NCBI GenBank assembly: GCA_035063585.1
Contig: JAPSGB010000017.1
Coordinates: forward strand, 1-64,000
DNA: 64,000 bases
Source: Polyangiaceae bacterium
GTDB taxonomy: Bacteria; Myxococcota_A; Polyangia; Polyangiales; Polyangiaceae
Direction of reading: 5' to 3'
In this document: positions 41,510-53,347 of the stretch, in pieces
Numbering within the stretch: the stretch's first letter is position 1
Layout of the letters: each line of letters starts with the position of its first letter
Translations under genes and position numbers: made by a program
The notes under the pieces: model-generated
Databases searched by the model: none
Told to the model about the DNA's origin: nothing
What the model saw: the letters and a program-made list of their open reading frames with translations, nothing else

Positions 41510-42244
41510 ATGAAGGCCTTGGTCGTCGACGTCTGGTCCGACATCGCGTGCCCGTGGTGCTACATGGGCAAGCGCCGGCTCGAGCGCGCGCTCGAGCGCT
41601 TCGAGCACGCGAGCGCGGTGAGCGTCGTGTGGCATGCGTTCGAGCTCGACCCGACCGCGCCACGCGAGCTCCCGCCGACCGAGACTTACGCGGAGCGCCT
41701 CGCCAAGAAATACCGCACCTCGCTCCCGAGGTCGCAGGAGATGCTCCGGCAAATGACCGAGACGGCCGCGAGAGACGGCCTCGAGCTCCGCTTCGACCGG
41801 GTGCGCGCAGGTAACACCTTCGACGCCCATCGCGTGCTCCATTTCGCGCTCGAGAGCGGCCGGCAGGACGCGCTGAAGGAGCGCTTCTTCCGCGCCTATT
41901 TCACCGACGGCCAGCCCATCGGCGACCGCGACACGCTCGCGCGGCTAGCCGGAGAGGTCGGGCTCGAGCCCGGCGCGGTGCGCGCCATGCTCGCGAGCGA
42001 ACGCCTCGTGGAGGCTGTCCGCGAGGACGAGCGCGAGGCCGCTGAGAACGAGATCCGCGGTGTCCCGTTCTTCGTGCTCGGGCGGCGCTACGCGATCTCG
42101 GGCGCGCAGTCCTCCGAGGTCCTGCTCGGCGCGCTCGAGCGCGCCTTCCGCGAGCTTCCCGGGCGCTCAGCCGTCACGGCCGAGGCGGACGCCGAGCTCT
42201 GCGGCGCAGACGGCTGCGTGGTCCCGCCGCGACCGGCGGAGTGA
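41510..42244 (+). CDS. DsbA/FrnE-family oxidoreductase
   Basis: WSDIACPWCYMGKRR, AFELDP, NTFDAHR, GVPFF and ISGAQ motifs. Confidence 0.9.
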   Translation: MKALVVDVWSDIACPWCYMGKRRLERALERFEHASAVSVVWHAFELDPTAPRELPPTETYAERLAKKYRTSLPRSQEMLRQMTETAARDGLELRFDRVRAGNTFDAHRVLHFALESGRQDALKERFFRAYFTDGQPIGDRDTLARLAGEVGLEPGAVRAMLASERLVEAVREDEREAAENEIRGVPFFVLGRRYAISGAQSSEVLLGALERAFRELPGRSAVTAEADAELCGADGCVVPPRPAE

Positions 42245-42491
42245 GCCGCGACGGTCGCGCCGGGAGCGCCCGCGCCCGGTAGCGGGCGGGCCGGAGCGCG
42301 CGTCCCTGAGCAGGTCTTCCCGCGGCGCCGCGGATTGCGCGTCGCGTCATTTCGTGATTTGCTGCGGGGGTTCGAGCGAGGTTTCCGGGCGGTCACACGA
42401 TCGTGCGCCGCACTCGGTGTTCCCCGAGGCACGACCGGGACCCCCGTTGCTTCGGCGCCAAGCGCCGTGACCCGGTCACCGAGGACATGAC

Positions 42492-45400
42492 ATGACGCTC
42501 CCGTGCCGTTCTGGTCTGTACGACCCAAGGTTCGAGCACGACGCCTGCGGGATCGGTTTCGTCGCGAACATCCGCGGCGAGCCGTCCCACGCGATCGTTC
42601 GCAAGGGCGTCGACATCCTCTTGAACCTCGTCCACCGCGGCGCGTGCGGCTGTGACCCGCTGACGGGCGACGGCGCGGGGCTCCTCGTCCAGCTCCCGCA
42701 CGGCTTCTTCGCCCGTGAGGCGAGCCGGATGGGCCTCAAGCTGCCGTCGCCGGGCCGCTACGGCGTGGGCTGCGTCTTTCTGCCGCGCGACAAGCTGCAG
42801 CGTCAGCGCGTCAAGCAAATCGTCGAAGACAAGATCCTCGGCACGGGGCAGCGTCTGATCGGCTGGCGGCCGGTCCCGGTCGACGAGGACGCGCTCGGGC
42901 CGATGGCGCGCGCGTCGGCGCCCATCATCGAACAGGTGTTGGTCGGCGCGACCACCGAGACGGAGGACGCGTTCGAGCGCAAGCTCTACGTGATCCGAAA
43001 GTGGGCCGAGACGGCGGTGCGCGAGAGCGGGCTCCCCGCGCGCGATGCGTTCTACGTCCCGAGCCTGTCGTCGCGAACGATCGTGTACAAGGGCTTGCTC
43101 CTCGCCGAGCAGCTCACCAGGTTCTACCGCGATCTCGACGACCCCGACTTCGCGAGCGCGCTCGCGATGGTGCACCAGCGCTTCTCGACCAACACCTTCC
43201 CGACCTGGGAGCTCGCGCAGCCGTTCCGCACCCTGAGCCACAACGGTGAGATCAACACGGTGCGGGGAAACGCGGCGTGGATGCGCGCGCGCGAGCAGCT
43301 CTTCGACGGCCAGATCTTCGGTGAAGACGTCCGACACGTGCTGCCCGTCATCTCACCCGATGGCAGCGACTCGGCGACGCTCGACAACGTCGCAGAGCTC
43401 TTGATGCACGCGGGCCGCTCGCTTCCGCACGTGATGATGATGCTGGTGCCCGAGGCGTGGCAGAACGATCCGCTGATGCCGCGCGAGAAGCGCGACTTCT
43501 ATCAATACCACTCTTGCCTCATCGAGCCCTGGGACGGCCCGGCGGCGCTCGCCTTCACCGACGGCGCGCGCATCGGCGCCATCTTGGATCGCAACGGCCT
43601 CCGACCGGCTCGCTGGACGGTGACCCGTGACGGACTGGTCGTGCTCGCGTCCGAGACCGGCGTGCTCGAGATCGCGCCGGAGGACATCGAACGGACGGGT
43701 CGGCTCGAACCTGGGCGCATGTTCCTCGTCGACACCGCCCTGGGGCGCATCATCGAGGACGAAGAGCTCAAGCGAACCATCACCACCGCGCGCCCCTACG
43801 GGCAGTGGCTCGCCAACAACACCATCCGGCTCGAGGACATCCGAGACGTCGGCGCCGCTCCGGAGCGCGCGCGAGACGAGCCGCTCTCCGCTCGACAGAA
43901 GGTGTTCGGTTACACCGACGAAGACCTGCGGCTCCTCATGGCGCCGATGGCGCTCGCGGGCGAGGAGGCGGTGGGCGCGATGGGCAATGACGCGCCGCTC
44001 GCCGTGCTCTCCGAGCGCCCTCGGCTCCTCTTCGACTACTTCAAGCAGCACTTCGCGCAGGTCACCAACCCTGCGGTGGATCCGATCCGCGAAGAGTTGG
44101 TGATGAGCCTCATGAACTACCTGGGTGGCGAGGGGAACCTGCTGCTCGATCTGCCGGACTACGCGCAGATGCTCGAGCTACGCCAGCCCATCCTCGACGA
44201 CGACGAGCTCTACAAGCTCCGAAAGACCCACCAGATCCACTTCCGTCAACCGGCGACGCTGCCGATGCTCTACCCGGTCGCCGAGGGCGGCGCGGGGCTA
44301 AAATCGGCGCTCGACGAGCTGTGTCGCCAGGCGAGCCTCGCGGTCCTGAACAACCACAGCGTCCTCATCCTGAGCGATCGCGGAGCGAGCGAGCACATGG
44401 CTCCGGTGCCGAGCTTGCTCGCCACGGCGGCGGTGCACCACCACCTGATGCGCAACGCGACGCGAATGCGCTGCGGCATCATCGTGGAGACCGGCGAGGC
44501 GCGCGAGATCCACCACTTCTGTCTGCTCTTCGGCTACGGCGCGGGGGCGGCCAACCCGTACCTCGCGCTCGACACGCTGGACGACATGGTGAAGAGCGGG
44601 CTCTTCCCGGGTCTCGATGACCCGGCGGTGGCTCGGAAGCACTACGTCAAGGCGGTAAACAAGGGCCTGCTGAAGGTCATGAGCAAGATGGGCGTGAGCA
44701 CGCTCCAGAGCTACCACGGCGCGCAGATCTTCGAGGCGATCGGGCTCTCGCCCGAGGTGATCGATCGCTACTTCACCGGGACCACCAGCCGCATCTCTGG
44801 GATCGATCTCGACGTCATCGCCGAAGAGTGCCGGCTGCGGCACGAGCGCGCCTATCCGAAGCGCGTCGAGGCGAGTCCCCTGCTCGAGGTAGGCGGCAAT
44901 TACTACTACCGCGCGCAGGGCGAACGCCACCTGTGGAATCCCGAGACGGTGGCTCGTCTCCAGCGCGCAGTGCGCGAGGAGGATCTCGGCAGCTACCGGG
45001 AGTACGCGGCGCGGATCAACCAGGCGGCCGGAGAGCCCATCACGCTCCGTCAACTCTGGGAAGTCGTGCCGGCACGAGAACCGCTCCCGCTCTCCGAGGT
45101 CGAGCCTGCGGCCGAGATCGTCAAGCACTTCGCGACCGGAGCCATGAGCTTTGGGTCGATCAGCGCCGAGGCGCACGAGAACCTCGCCATCGCGATGAAC
45201 CGCATCGGCGGCAAGAGCAACACGGGCGAGGGCGGCGAGCGCGAGGAGCGCTTCCTTCGCGAGCCGAACGGCGACTCTCGCCGCAGCGCCATCAAGCAGG
45301 TGGCGAGCGGACGCTTCGGGGTGACCACCTGGTACCTCGTGAACGCCGACGAGCTTCAGATCAAGGTCGCCCAGGGCGCCAAGCCCGGCGAGGGCGGTCA

Positions 45401-47045
45401 GCTCCCGGGCCACAAGGTGGACGCTGTGATCGCCAAGACCCGGCACTCCACGCCCGGAGTCACCCTGATCTCCCCGCCTCCGCACCACGACATCTACAGC
45501 ATCGAAGACCTCGCGCAGCTCATCTACGACCTGAAGAACGTGAACCCCACGGCGCGCATCAGCGTGAAGCTGGTCGCGGAGGCCGGAGTGGGCACGGTCG
45601 CCGCCGGCGTGGCCAAGGCGCGCGCCGACGTGATCCTGATCGCCGGCCACGACGGCGGCACCGGCGCAGCGCCTCAGAGCTCGATCAAGCATGCCGGCGC
45701 GCCGTGGGAGCTCGGCCTCTCCGAGACGCATCAAGTGCTCGTGAAGAATGATCTTCGCAGCCGGGTCGTGCTGCAAGCGGACGGACAGCTGCGGACCGGC
45801 CGCGACGTGGTCATCGCGGCGCTGCTCGGCGCCGAGGAGTTCGGCTTCGCCACCGCGCCGCTGGTCGCCTCGGGATGCATCATGATGCGAAAGTGCCACC
45901 TCAACACCTGCCCGGTGGGCATCGCGACTCAGGATCCAGTGCTACGCGCGAGGTTCGGGGGGACTCCGGAGCACGTCATCCGCTTCATGTTCTACGTCGC
46001 AGAGGAGGCGCGGGAGCTCATGGCGGCGCTCGGCTTTCGCCGGCTGCGCGAGCTGGTCGGCCGAGTGGACAAGCTTCGTCTGCAGGACACCTCGTCCCAT
46101 TGGAAGGCGTCGCGGCTCGATTTCTCCGACGTGCTCACCCCGGCGCAGCCGGGGCCGGGCGTCGACGTTTGCAAGACGCGCGCGCAAGAACACGACCTCG
46201 ACGGCGCCCTCGACCACCAGCTCATCGCGCGCTCGCGGAGCGTGCTCGAATCGGGCCGAGGTTCGGTCGTCATCGAGCTCCCGCTCCGTAACGTGCACCG
46301 CACGGTCGGCGCCATGCTCGCCGGCGAGATCGTCCGGCGGCACGGCAAGGACGGGCTCGCGCCCGGGAGCATCTCTTTGCGCTTCACTGGTTCGGCCGGG
46401 CAAAGCTTCGGCGCCTTCATGGTCGACGGGATGGCGATCTCGCTCGAGGGTGACGCCAACGACTACGTCGGCAAGGGCATGAGCGGCGGCGTGCTGTCCG
46501 TGCGCGTTCCCGCGCGCGCGTCGTTCGAGGCGCATCGCAACGTGATCATCGGGAACGTCGCGCTCTACGGCGCGACCAGCGGGCGCGCCTTCTTCGAGGG
46601 CGTCGCCGGCGAACGCTTCGCGGTACGTAACAGCGGCGCGACGGCGGTGGTGGAGGGCGTCGGTGACCACGCTTGCGAGTACATGACCGGCGGTTCGGTG
46701 GTGGTGCTCGGCCGGGTGGGGAGAAACTTCGCCGCCGGGATGAGCGGCGGCCTGGCGTACGTGCTCGACGAGGAGGGCTCGTTCCGGTCGAAGTGCAACC
46801 CCGCGCTCGTCGAGCTCGAGCGCCCCGACGCCGCAGACCTCGAGTCCTTGTCTGCGCTGGTCGCGGAGCACGTACGCCTGACCGGCAGCAAGCGCGGCGC
46901 TGCGCTGCTCGCGAGCTGGGCCGAGGCAGCCGCCGCGTTCGTGAAGGTCGTCCCGCGCGAGTATCGGAAGGTCCTCGCGACGAGCGCGGGTCCGCAGGGC
47001 GGCGAGGAGAGAGCGCCGTCACGCACCACCGTGGAGGCGAAGTAG
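42492..47045 (+). CDS. gltB: Glutamate synthase large subunit
   Basis: HDACGIGF (N-terminal Cys), [37 protein letters not shown] and CHLNTCPVG motifs; GAGGA RBS. Confidence 0.98.
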   Translation: MTLPCRSGLYDPRFEHDACGIGFVANIRGEPSHAIVRKGVDILLNLVHRGACGCDPLTGDGAGLLVQLPHGFFAREASRMGLKLPSPGRYGVGCVFLPRDKLQRQRVKQIVEDKILGTGQRLIGWRPVPVDEDALGPMARASAPIIEQVLVGATTETEDAFERKLYVIRKWAETAVRESGLPARDAFYVPSLSSRTIVYKGLLLAEQLTRFYRDLDDPDFASALAMVHQRFSTNTFPTWELAQPFRTLSHNGEINTVRGNAAWMRAREQLFDGQIFGEDVRHVLPVISPDGSDSATLDNVAELLMHAGRSLPHVMMMLVPEAWQNDPLMPREKRDFYQYHSCLIEPWDGPAALAFTDGARIGAILDRNGLRPARWTVTRDGLVVLASETGVLEIAPEDIERTGRLEPGRMFLVDTALGRIIEDEELKRTITTARPYGQWLANNTIRLEDIRDVGAAPERARDEPLSARQKVFGYTDEDLRLLMAPMALAGEEAVGAMGNDAPLAVLSERPRLLFDYFKQHFAQVTNPAVDPIREELVMSLMNYLGGEGNLLLDLPDYAQMLELRQPILDDDELYKLRKTHQIHFRQPATLPMLYPVAEGGAGLKSALDELCRQASLAVLNNHSVLILSDRGASEHMAPVPSLLATAAVHHHLMRNATRMRCGIIVETGEAREIHHFCLLFGYGAGAANPYLALDTLDDMVKSGLFPGLDDPAVARKHYVKAVNKGLLKVMSKMGVSTLQSYHGAQIFEAIGLSPEVIDRYFTGTTSRISGIDLDVIAEECRLRHERAYPKRVEASPLLEVGGNYYYRAQGERHLWNPETVARLQRAVREEDLGSYREYAARINQAAGEPITLRQLWEVVPAREPLPLSEVEPAAEIVKHFATGAMSFGSISAEAHENLAIAMNRIGGKSNTGEGGEREERFLREPNGDSRRSAIKQVASGRFGVTTWYLVNADELQIKVAQGAKPGEGGQLPGHKVDAVIAKTRHSTPGVTLISPPPHHDIYSIEDLAQLIYDLKNVNPTARISVKLVAEAGVGTVAAGVAKARADVILIAGHDGGTGAAPQSSIKHAGAPWELGLSETHQVLVKNDLRSRVVLQADGQLRTGRDVVIAALLGAEEFGFATAPLVASGCIMMRKCHLNTCPVGIATQDPVLRARFGGTPEHVIRFMFYVAEEARELMAALGFRRLRELVGRVDKLRLQDTSSHWKASRLDFSDVLTPAQPGPGVDVCKTRAQEHDLDGALDHQLIARSRSVLESGRGSVVIELPLRNVHRTVGAMLAGEIVRRHGKDGLAPGSISLRFTGSAGQSFGAFMVDGMAISLEGDANDYVGKGMSGGVLSVRVPARASFEAHRNVIIGNVALYGATSGRAFFEGVAGERFAVRNSGATAVVEGVGDHACEYMTGGSVVVLGRVGRNFAAGMSGGLAYVLDEEGSFRSKCNPALVELERPDAADLESLSALVAEHVRLTGSKRGAALLASWAEAAAAFVKVVPREYRKVLATSAGPQGGEERAPSRTTVEAK

Positions 47046-47048
47046 GCC

Positions 47049-48473
47049 ATGGGAAAGCTGACGGGGTTCCTCGAATATCCGCGGGAGGAGCCGGGGCGGC
47101 GCCCCGCGTCCGAGCGCATCAAGGATTACCGTGAGATCGAGCTCCCGATCTCCGACGAGGTCGCGCGCGTGCAAGGCGCACGCTGCATGGACTGCGGGGT
47201 GCCCTTCTGCAACACCGGCTGTCCACTCGGTAACCTGATCCCCGACTTCAACGACGCCGTCTACCGCGGCGCGCTCCCGCAGGCAGTCGAAGAGCTCCAC
47301 GCGACCAATAATTTCCCTGAGTTTACCGGTAGGGTGTGCCCGGCACCGTGTGAAGCCGCGTGCGTGCTCGGGATCACGAGCGAGCCGGTCAGCATCAAGC
47401 TCATCGAGCATGTGATCGCCGATCGCGGCTGGGAGGCCGAGCTCATCCGACCTCGACCCGCGCGCGAGCAGACCGGACGGCGAGTAGCCGTCATCGGCTC
47501 GGGGCCTGCCGGGCTCGCCTGCGCGCAGCAGCTCGCGCGCGCCGGTCACTCGGTCACCGTGCTCGAGCGAGCCGACCGCGTCGGCGGCCTGCTCACCTAT
47601 GGCATCCCCGACTTCAAGCTCGAGAAGTCGCTCGTGACGCGTCGGCTCGGGCAGCTCGACGCCGAGGGCGTGGTGTTCCGAACCGGCGTCGAGGTAGGCC
47701 GCGACGTTACCGCCGCCGAGCTCCGCGCGGAGTACGACGCGGTCTGCCTGGCGATCGGCTCGCGCGCGCCGCGTGACCTGCCCATCCCGGGCCGGGAGCT
47801 CGACGGTGTCCACTTCGCGCTCGATTTTCTCGAGCAGCAGAACCGCCGCGTGGCCGGCGACGCGCTCGACGCCGACCGCGCGATCCTCGCGACGGGCAAG
47901 CACGTCGTCGTCATCGGCGGCGGCGACACCGGCAGCGACTGCATCGGGACCTCGCACCGCCAGGGCGCGAAGAGCGTCACCAGCTTGGAGCTCCTGCCGC
48001 GCCCTCCCGACACGCGCTCGCCGAGCACTCCCTGGCCGATGTGGCCGCTCATGCTGCGCGTCTCGACCTCACACGAGGAGGGCGGCAAGCGTGATTTCAG
48101 CGTCTCCACCCTCGGGTTCGAGGGTGCTGCCGGTCGGGTGACGCACCTCCGCTGCGCGCGCGTCGAGCGGCGCGACGGCGCCTTCGCTCGGGTCCCGGGC
48201 TCCGAGTTCGAGCTCCCGGCGGATCTCGTCCTGCTCGCCATGGGGTTCGTACACCCGGAGCACGACGGCCTGCTCGCCGACCTCGGCGTGGCGCTCGACC
48301 GCCGCGGCAACGTGCAGCTCGACGCGCATTTCATGAGCAGCGTGCCCGGGGTGTTCGCCGCGGGCGATTGCCAGCGCGGGCAGTCGCTGGTGGTCTGGGC
48401 GATCGCCGACGGCCGGCGCGCCGCAGCCGCGATCGACGCCTACTTGGTCGGCGGGCGCTCCGAGCTCACCTGA
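47049..48473 (+). CDS. gltD: Glutamate synthase small subunit
   Basis: [42 protein letters not shown] and [10 protein letters not shown] motifs. Confidence 0.97.
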   Translation: MGKLTGFLEYPREEPGRRPASERIKDYREIELPISDEVARVQGARCMDCGVPFCNTGCPLGNLIPDFNDAVYRGALPQAVEELHATNNFPEFTGRVCPAPCEAACVLGITSEPVSIKLIEHVIADRGWEAELIRPRPAREQTGRRVAVIGSGPAGLACAQQLARAGHSVTVLERADRVGGLLTYGIPDFKLEKSLVTRRLGQLDAEGVVFRTGVEVGRDVTAAELRAEYDAVCLAIGSRAPRDLPIPGRELDGVHFALDFLEQQNRRVAGDALDADRAILATGKHVVVIGGGDTGSDCIGTSHRQGAKSVTSLELLPRPPDTRSPSTPWPMWPLMLRVSTSHEEGGKRDFSVSTLGFEGAAGRVTHLRCARVERRDGAFARVPGSEFELPADLVLLAMGFVHPEHDGLLADLGVALDRRGNVQLDAHFMSSVPGVFAAGDCQRGQSLVVWAIADGRRAAAAIDAYLVGGRSELT

Positions 48474-48582
48474 GCCAGCGCGGCGCGGGTGACCCGCGCG
48501 ACCCGGCGAGCTCCGTGCAGGGCGCGGCGCGCCCCGCGGTTCCGCGCCGCGGCGACCCAAGCATACATTATAATGTTATTTA

Positions 48583-49968
48583 CTATTGCGTCGGTCCGGC
48601 GCGGAATCTCGCGGCGAGCTGCGCGGCGCGGATGGCGGCGAGGGCGGCGCGGGCCTTGTTGCGAGTCTCCTTCGCTTCGAGCGCGGGCACGCTCCCCTCG
48701 ACCACGCCGGCGCCCGCGGTGACCTCGAAGGCGTCTCCGTTCAACACCACCGTGCGGATCGCGATGGCGAAATCGAGCTCACCCGCGCGGGTGAGGTAGC
48801 CCACCGCGCCGCCGTACACGCCGCGCGGACGTGGCTCGAGCTCGCGGATGAGCTGCATCGCGCGCACCTTGGGCGCGCCCGAGAGCGTGCCAGCGGGGAA
48901 AGCGGCCCGGAGCGCATCGAGCGCGGTTGCGTCCGCACGGAGCTCGCCGCTCACCTCGCTCACGAGGTGCATCACGTGGCTGAACCGCTCGATCGCGAGC
49001 CGTTCGGGCACCTGGACGGAGCCCGGGCGCGCGACGCGGCCGACGTCGTTGCGCGCGAGGTCGATCAGCATCACGTGCTCGGCGAGCTCCTTCGGATCGG
49101 CGAGCAGCTCACGCGCGAGCGCGTCGTCCTCGTCCGGGGAGCGTCCGCGGCGCCGCGTGCCTGCGATCGGGCGCACGGTGACGCGGCCGCCGGCGACGCG
49201 CACCAGCGTCTCGGGGCTCGCGCCGGCGACCGCCATCCGCGGCGCGCCCGGGCGCTCGGGCAGCTCGAGCAGGAACATGTAGGGCGAGGGCGAGAGCACG
49301 CGGAGCGCGCGGTACACGTCGAAGGGCTCGGCGCCGCGCGCCGGCGCGGAGAAGGTTCGCGCCAGCACCACCTGGAAGGTATCGCCCGCGAGGATGTGTG
49401 CCTTCACCCGGGTAACCCCGGCCTCGAACTCGGCGTCCGTGGTGTCGACCTCGAGGTCGGCGGGCAGCGCGGTGGGCTCCGGCGGGGCGAGCGGGGCGAG
49501 CGGGGCGAGCCGCGCGAACACGCGCTCGACGCGCTCCACCTCGGCGAGCTCGGCCGAGGCGACGGTGGCGGTGTGGGTCAGGTGGTCGAAGACGACCACG
49601 GTCGCGTCGCTGACGAAGCGCGCGATGGGCGCGGCGCTCGTGGGCCAAGGCTCGACCTTGCTCGCGTAGTGGACGGCGTCATAGGCGACGACGCCGATGT
49701 GGGCGCGAGCGAAGCGGAGCGCGACCTCGCGCTCGTCCGGCGCGTCGCTCGGGAGCTCCCGGGCGAGCCGCTCGAACGGCTCGACGCCCGGCTCGCCGTG
49801 GACGATGAGCCGGGCTCGCGGGCGGACCCCGAGGATCGAGTAGCGACCGAAGCGCTCGCCGGCCACCACGCTCTCGAGGAGAAACGAGCCCTCGCCGGCG
49901 TCGGCGCGGAGCGCGGAGTAGGCGCCGACCGGCGTGATGCCGTCCACCACCAGGGTCTTCGAGTGCAT
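48583..49968 (-). CDS. trpE: Anthranilate synthase component I
   Basis: LLESV, GDTFQVVL, PSPYMF, SPE, PIAGTR, EHVMLIDLARND, AGTLSGAPKVRAM and AIAIRT motifs; PabB cannot be fully excluded. Confidence 0.85.
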   Translation of the reverse strand: MHSKTLVVDGITPVGAYSALRADAGEGSFLLESVVAGERFGRYSILGVRPRARLIVHGEPGVEPFERLARELPSDAPDEREVALRFARAHIGVVAYDAVHYASKVEPWPTSAAPIARFVSDATVVVFDHLTHTATVASAELAEVERVERVFARLAPLAPLAPPEPTALPADLEVDTTDAEFEAGVTRVKAHILAGDTFQVVLARTFSAPARGAEPFDVYRALRVLSPSPYMFLLELPERPGAPRMAVAGASPETLVRVAGGRVTVRPIAGTRRRGRSPDEDDALARELLADPKELAEHVMLIDLARNDVGRVARPGSVQVPERLAIERFSHVMHLVSEVSGELRADATALDALRAAFPAGTLSGAPKVRAMQLIRELEPRPRGVYGGAVGYLTRAGELDFAIAIRTVVLNGDAFEVTAGAGVVEGSVPALEAKETRNKARAALAAIRAAQLAARFRAGPTQ

Positions 49969-50022
49969 CGGGCTCGAGCGTATCCTGGAAATCGCCCGCC
50001 GGCGCGCCTAGGCTCCGGTGGA

Positions 50023-50529
50023 GTGAGCCGCCTCTTTCTCATCGCCGCCGCCGGGTGCGCGCTCGTCGGCGCGGCCTCGTGCCGCGAGAAGCCCGAGCTC
50101 GTGCTCCGCGACACCGAGGGGCGGGCGTTCCGCACGGAGTGCAACGGCTCGGGTCAGTGCCAGCTCGAGCAGACGAGCGGGCCGGCGGCGCCGCCGGGCA
50201 AATCGGTCGCGGTGCTTCGGGCGCGCGCGAGCCTGGTCGGCGTGTGCGACGTCGCGAGCGGGTCGAGCGAGCCCGAGCGCGGCGACTGCCGCGCGCTCCT
50301 CTGCGAGCGGGACGAGGGCTGCCCGCCGGCCCACGACCTCTCGCACGGGAGCTGCATCGGCGGGTACTGCTCTGAGCCCTCGCACGAGCTCGGCGTGGAC
50401 GACGCGGTCATGCTCTGTCTGGCCGGAACCGGGCTCGGGCGCGCTTCGCCCGAGCAGGTCGAGCGCTACGCCTTGGCCCTGAACTGCGGCTCACCCTGCC
50501 GGGTGCCCACGCCCTGCCGGCCGCGCTGA
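50023..50529 (+). CDS. Cysteine-rich lipoprotein
   Basis: GTG start 8 nt after TAGGCT; GAASC lipobox-like; Cys-rich. Confidence 0.6.
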   Translation: MSRLFLIAAAGCALVGAASCREKPELVLRDTEGRAFRTECNGSGQCQLEQTSGPAAPPGKSVAVLRARASLVGVCDVASGSSEPERGDCRALLCERDEGCPPAHDLSHGSCIGGYCSEPSHELGVDDAVMLCLAGTGLGRASPEQVERYALALNCGSPCRVPTPCRPR

Positions 50530-50581
50530 AGGGTCGGGGTGGAAGATCGACGACCCCTCGGCTAGGCTCGCGGCCCCATCG

Positions 50582-52192
50582 ATGGCAAGCCTACCTCCGC
50601 TCCGCGCCAGCGTCGCGCTCGCGGCCTACGCCGAGCCCCTCCTCGAGGGGCGACGGGCCATCGTCTTCGGAGACGCCTCTTCGGGCCTGGCGGAGCAGCT
50701 CCTCGAGCGCGGGGCGCGCCTGGTGCATGTCTACGACGCGGACGCGCCGCGGCTGGCGGAGGCAGCCGCTCGCAACGGCTCGCGCAACGTCGCCTTCGCG
50801 CCGCTCGCGGAGGGCGGGCTGGCCGTGCGCGAGGGCGCGTTCGACGTCGCGTTCATCGAGAACCTCTCCGCCTTCGAGGACGTGTCCGAGGTGCTCCGAC
50901 ACGCGAAGCGCGCGCTCTCGCCGCGTGGCGCGCTGCTCGCCGCGGCCCCCAACCCGGAGGCGCGACTCCGGCTGCTCGCCGAGCCTGCGCCGGCTTCGAC
51001 CGCGCTCGACTACTACGCGCTCTACGACGCGGCCTCGGCGACGTTCGCCGAGGTTCGCATGCTCGGACAAGCTCCGTTCGTCGGCTACGCGGTGGTCGAT
51101 TTCGCGCCGGAGGGCGAGCCCGCGCCGAGCTTCGACGCCGGCTTCGTGCCGGGCGGCGCCGAGGAGCCGGAGTGGTTCATCGCGCTCTGCTCCGAGCGCG
51201 AGGTGCGGCTCGACGAGTTCGCGCTCATCGAGCTGCCCTTTCGCGCCACGCGGGAGCGCGAGCGCCCCGCGACGCGCGAGCCTGCCCGCGAGCTCGCGCC
51301 GATGCGCGCGGAGCTCGCGGAGCTCCGCGCCGAGCTCGAGCGCCGCGAGGCGTGGATCACCCAGGTCGAGGCCCGCGCCGAGGCTGCAGACACTCGCGCC
51401 GACCAGGCGCAGGCCGAGCTCGAGGAGCGACGCGCCGCGGTGGACGCGGCCGTGGAGCGCGCGCGGGGAGCCGAAGCGAGCGCGCGCGACGCCGAAGCGC
51501 GCGGCCGAGCGGCCGCCGAGCTCCGCGCGGAGCTCGAGACGCGTCGCGAGCGCGCCCAGAAGCTCGAAGACGAACGCGACGGCTGGCGCGCCCGCGCCGA
51601 GAAGCTCGCGCAAGAGCGCGACGCCGAGCTCGAGACGCGCCGTGAGCGCGCCCAGAAGCTCGAAGACGAACGCGACGGCTGGCGCGCCCGCGCCGAGAAG
51701 CTCGCGCAGGAGCTCGCGCAGGCATCGGAGCAGCTCGCGAAGCGCGCGGCGGCGCCGCCTGAAGACGCGAGCGCCGAGCTCCGCGCCTACGAGGCGCAGC
51801 TCGCCGAGCGCGGGGCCGAGATTCGCCGGCTCGAGAGAGAGCGGGCCAGCACCGAGCAATTCGCGCGTCAGCTCCTCGACGAGCTCGAGCTCGCGCGCGC
51901 GAGCGGCAGCGCAGCGGAGCCGCGCGAAGCCGAGGAGCTCCGGCAGCAGCTCGACGCGCTCGCCGGCTTGAATGCAGAGCGTGAGGCGGAGCTGCAGACG
52001 GCACGCTGGGCGGTGAGCGCGCTCGAGGCGCGGCTCGCCGAGTCCGACTCCGCGGACCACGGCGCCCGGCGGGAGCGGCTCGAGGCCGATCTCCAGCAGG
52101 CACGCGCCGATCTGCAGCGGCTCGCCGTGCTGGTCGAAGAGCTCCGCGCCGGCGTGCAGCCGGCCGCGGGAGAGGCGGAGCCGGCGCGTTGA
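50582..52192 (+). CDS. Degenerate methyltransferase-like N-terminal domain + long coiled coil
   Basis: RRAIVFGDASSG...EGAFDVAFI...KRALSPRGALL Rossmann-like segment; E/R/A/L heptads; internal 96-bp duplication. Confidence 0.7.
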   Translation: MASLPPLRASVALAAYAEPLLEGRRAIVFGDASSGLAEQLLERGARLVHVYDADAPRLAEAAARNGSRNVAFAPLAEGGLAVREGAFDVAFIENLSAFEDVSEVLRHAKRALSPRGALLAAAPNPEARLRLLAEPAPASTALDYYALYDAASATFAEVRMLGQAPFVGYAVVDFAPEGEPAPSFDAGFVPGGAEEPEWFIALCSEREVRLDEFALIELPFRATRERERPATREPARELAPMRAELAELRAELERREAWITQVEARAEAADTRADQAQAELEERRAAVDAAVERARGAEASARDAEARGRAAAELRAELETRRERAQKLEDERDGWRARAEKLAQERDAELETRRERAQKLEDERDGWRARAEKLAQELAQASEQLAKRAAAPPEDASAELRAYEAQLAERGAEIRRLERERASTEQFARQLLDELELARASGSAAEPREAEELRQQLDALAGLNAEREAELQTARWAVSALEARLAESDSADHGARRERLEADLQQARADLQRLAVLVEELRAGVQPAAGEAEPAR

Positions 52193-52216
52193 CAAGCGGC
52201 GCGGACGCCTTAGCTT
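52189..52216 (+). promoter_or_regulatory. Putative sigma70-type promoter of dnaJ
   Basis: TTGACA (52189-52194), 16-nt spacer, TAGCTT (52211-52216), about 40 nt upstream of the dnaJ ATG. Confidence 0.55.
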
Positions 52217-52255
52217 GACCGCGCATTGCGTATCGAGCGGGCCTGAGCAGCGTTC

Positions 52256-53347
52256 ATGAGCGAGAAGCGCGATTATTACGAGGTCCTGGGCGTCGCGCGG
52301 GACGCCGGCGCGGACGACATCCGAAAGGCGTATCGCCAGTCCGCGCTCAAGCACCACCCGGATCGTAACCCGGGAAACGCGGAGGCCGAGGCGCTCTTCA
52401 AGGAGGCCACCGAGGCGTACAGCGTCCTCTCGGACGACGAGAAGCGAGCCGCCTATGATCGCTTCGGCTTCGCCGGCGTCGGCGGTCAGTCGGGCTTCGA
52501 TTTCTCGGGCGCCGGCATCGGGGACATCCTGAGCCACTTCCAGGACATGTTCTCGGACTTCTTCGGCGGCATGGGAGGCGGCGGCCGTCGCCAGCGTCCG
52601 GCCGCGCGCGGGCAAGACGTCCGCGTGGCCGCCACCATCACGCTGAAGGACGCGATGCTGGGCGCCAAGCAGGAGGTCGCGATCGTGGGCGCCGCACCCT
52701 GCGAGCCGTGCGGCGGCAGCGGCGCAAAGGCCGGCACCAAGCCGCAGACGTGCCCTCAGTGCCGCGGCACCGGGCAGGTGACGACGCAGCGCGGGTTCGT
52801 GATGTTCAGCACGAGCTGCGGCCGCTGCCAGGGCAGCGGCCGCTTCATCGCGGACCCCTGCGAGTCGTGCCACGGCTCGGGCTACGTCGAGAAGCGGCGC
52901 GTCGTGCTGGTCGCCTTCCCCGCGGGGATCGACGACAGCCAGCGGCTGCGCGTGCCGGGCCAAGGGATGCCCGGTCCGAACGGCGCGCCGCCGGGTGACC
53001 TCTACGTAGACGTGAACCTCGCGGCGGACGAGCGCTTCGAGCGAAATGGCGACGATCTCGCGGTCCGCGAGCGGGTCTCGTTCCCCGACGCGGCGCTCGG
53101 CGCGGAGGTCGAGCTCACCCTCCCCGACGAGACGCGCGTGAGCGCCACGCTCCCCGCCGGGACACAGCCCGGCACCGTGCTCACGGTGAAGGGAAAGGGC
53201 GTGCCGCGCATCGATCGCCGGGGTCGCGGGGATCTCTTGATCGTAGTCGATGTAGCGGTGCCTCGCGGGCTGAGCAAGCGCGCGAAGAAGCTGCTCGGCG
53301 AGCTCGCCGCCGAGCTCGCGAACGAGGGCAAGGAAGCCGCCGGCTGA
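52256..53347 (+). CDS. dnaJ: Chaperone DnaJ
   Basis: [13 protein letters not shown]-rich region, four CxxCxGxG motifs and GDLYV. Confidence 0.97.
   Translation: MSEKRDYYEVLGVARDAGADDIRKAYRQSALKHHPDRNPGNAEAEALFKEATEAYSVLSDDEKRAAYDRFGFAGVGGQSGFDFSGAGIGDILSHFQDMFSDFFGGMGGGGRRQRPAARGQDVRVAATITLKDAMLGAKQEVAIVGAAPCEPCGGSGAKAGTKPQTCPQCRGTGQVTTQRGFVMFSTSCGRCQGSGRFIADPCESCHGSGYVEKRRVVLVAFPAGIDDSQRLRVPGQGMPGPNGAPPGDLYVDVNLAADERFERNGDDLAVRERVSFPDAALGAEVELTLPDETRVSATLPAGTQPGTVLTVKGKGVPRIDRRGRGDLLIVVDVAVPRGLSKRAKKLLGELAAELANEGKEAAG

Noticed and set aside
42245..42491. Possible sigma54 promoter or riboswitch upstream of gltB
   Set aside because: No convincing TGGCAC-N5-TTGC motif or recognisable riboswitch consensus; only a short palindrome CACGATCGTG.
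48561..48579. loxP resemblance (GCATACATTATA...GTTAT) or canonical dif site
   Set aside because: The left loxP arm is absent and the right arm is incomplete; the dif XerC arm and spacing do not fit. Reported only as an AT-rich palindrome.
48586..50529. 647-aa plus-strand ORF
   Set aside because: Mostly antisense to trpE; only the part from 50023 looks like a real lipoprotein gene.
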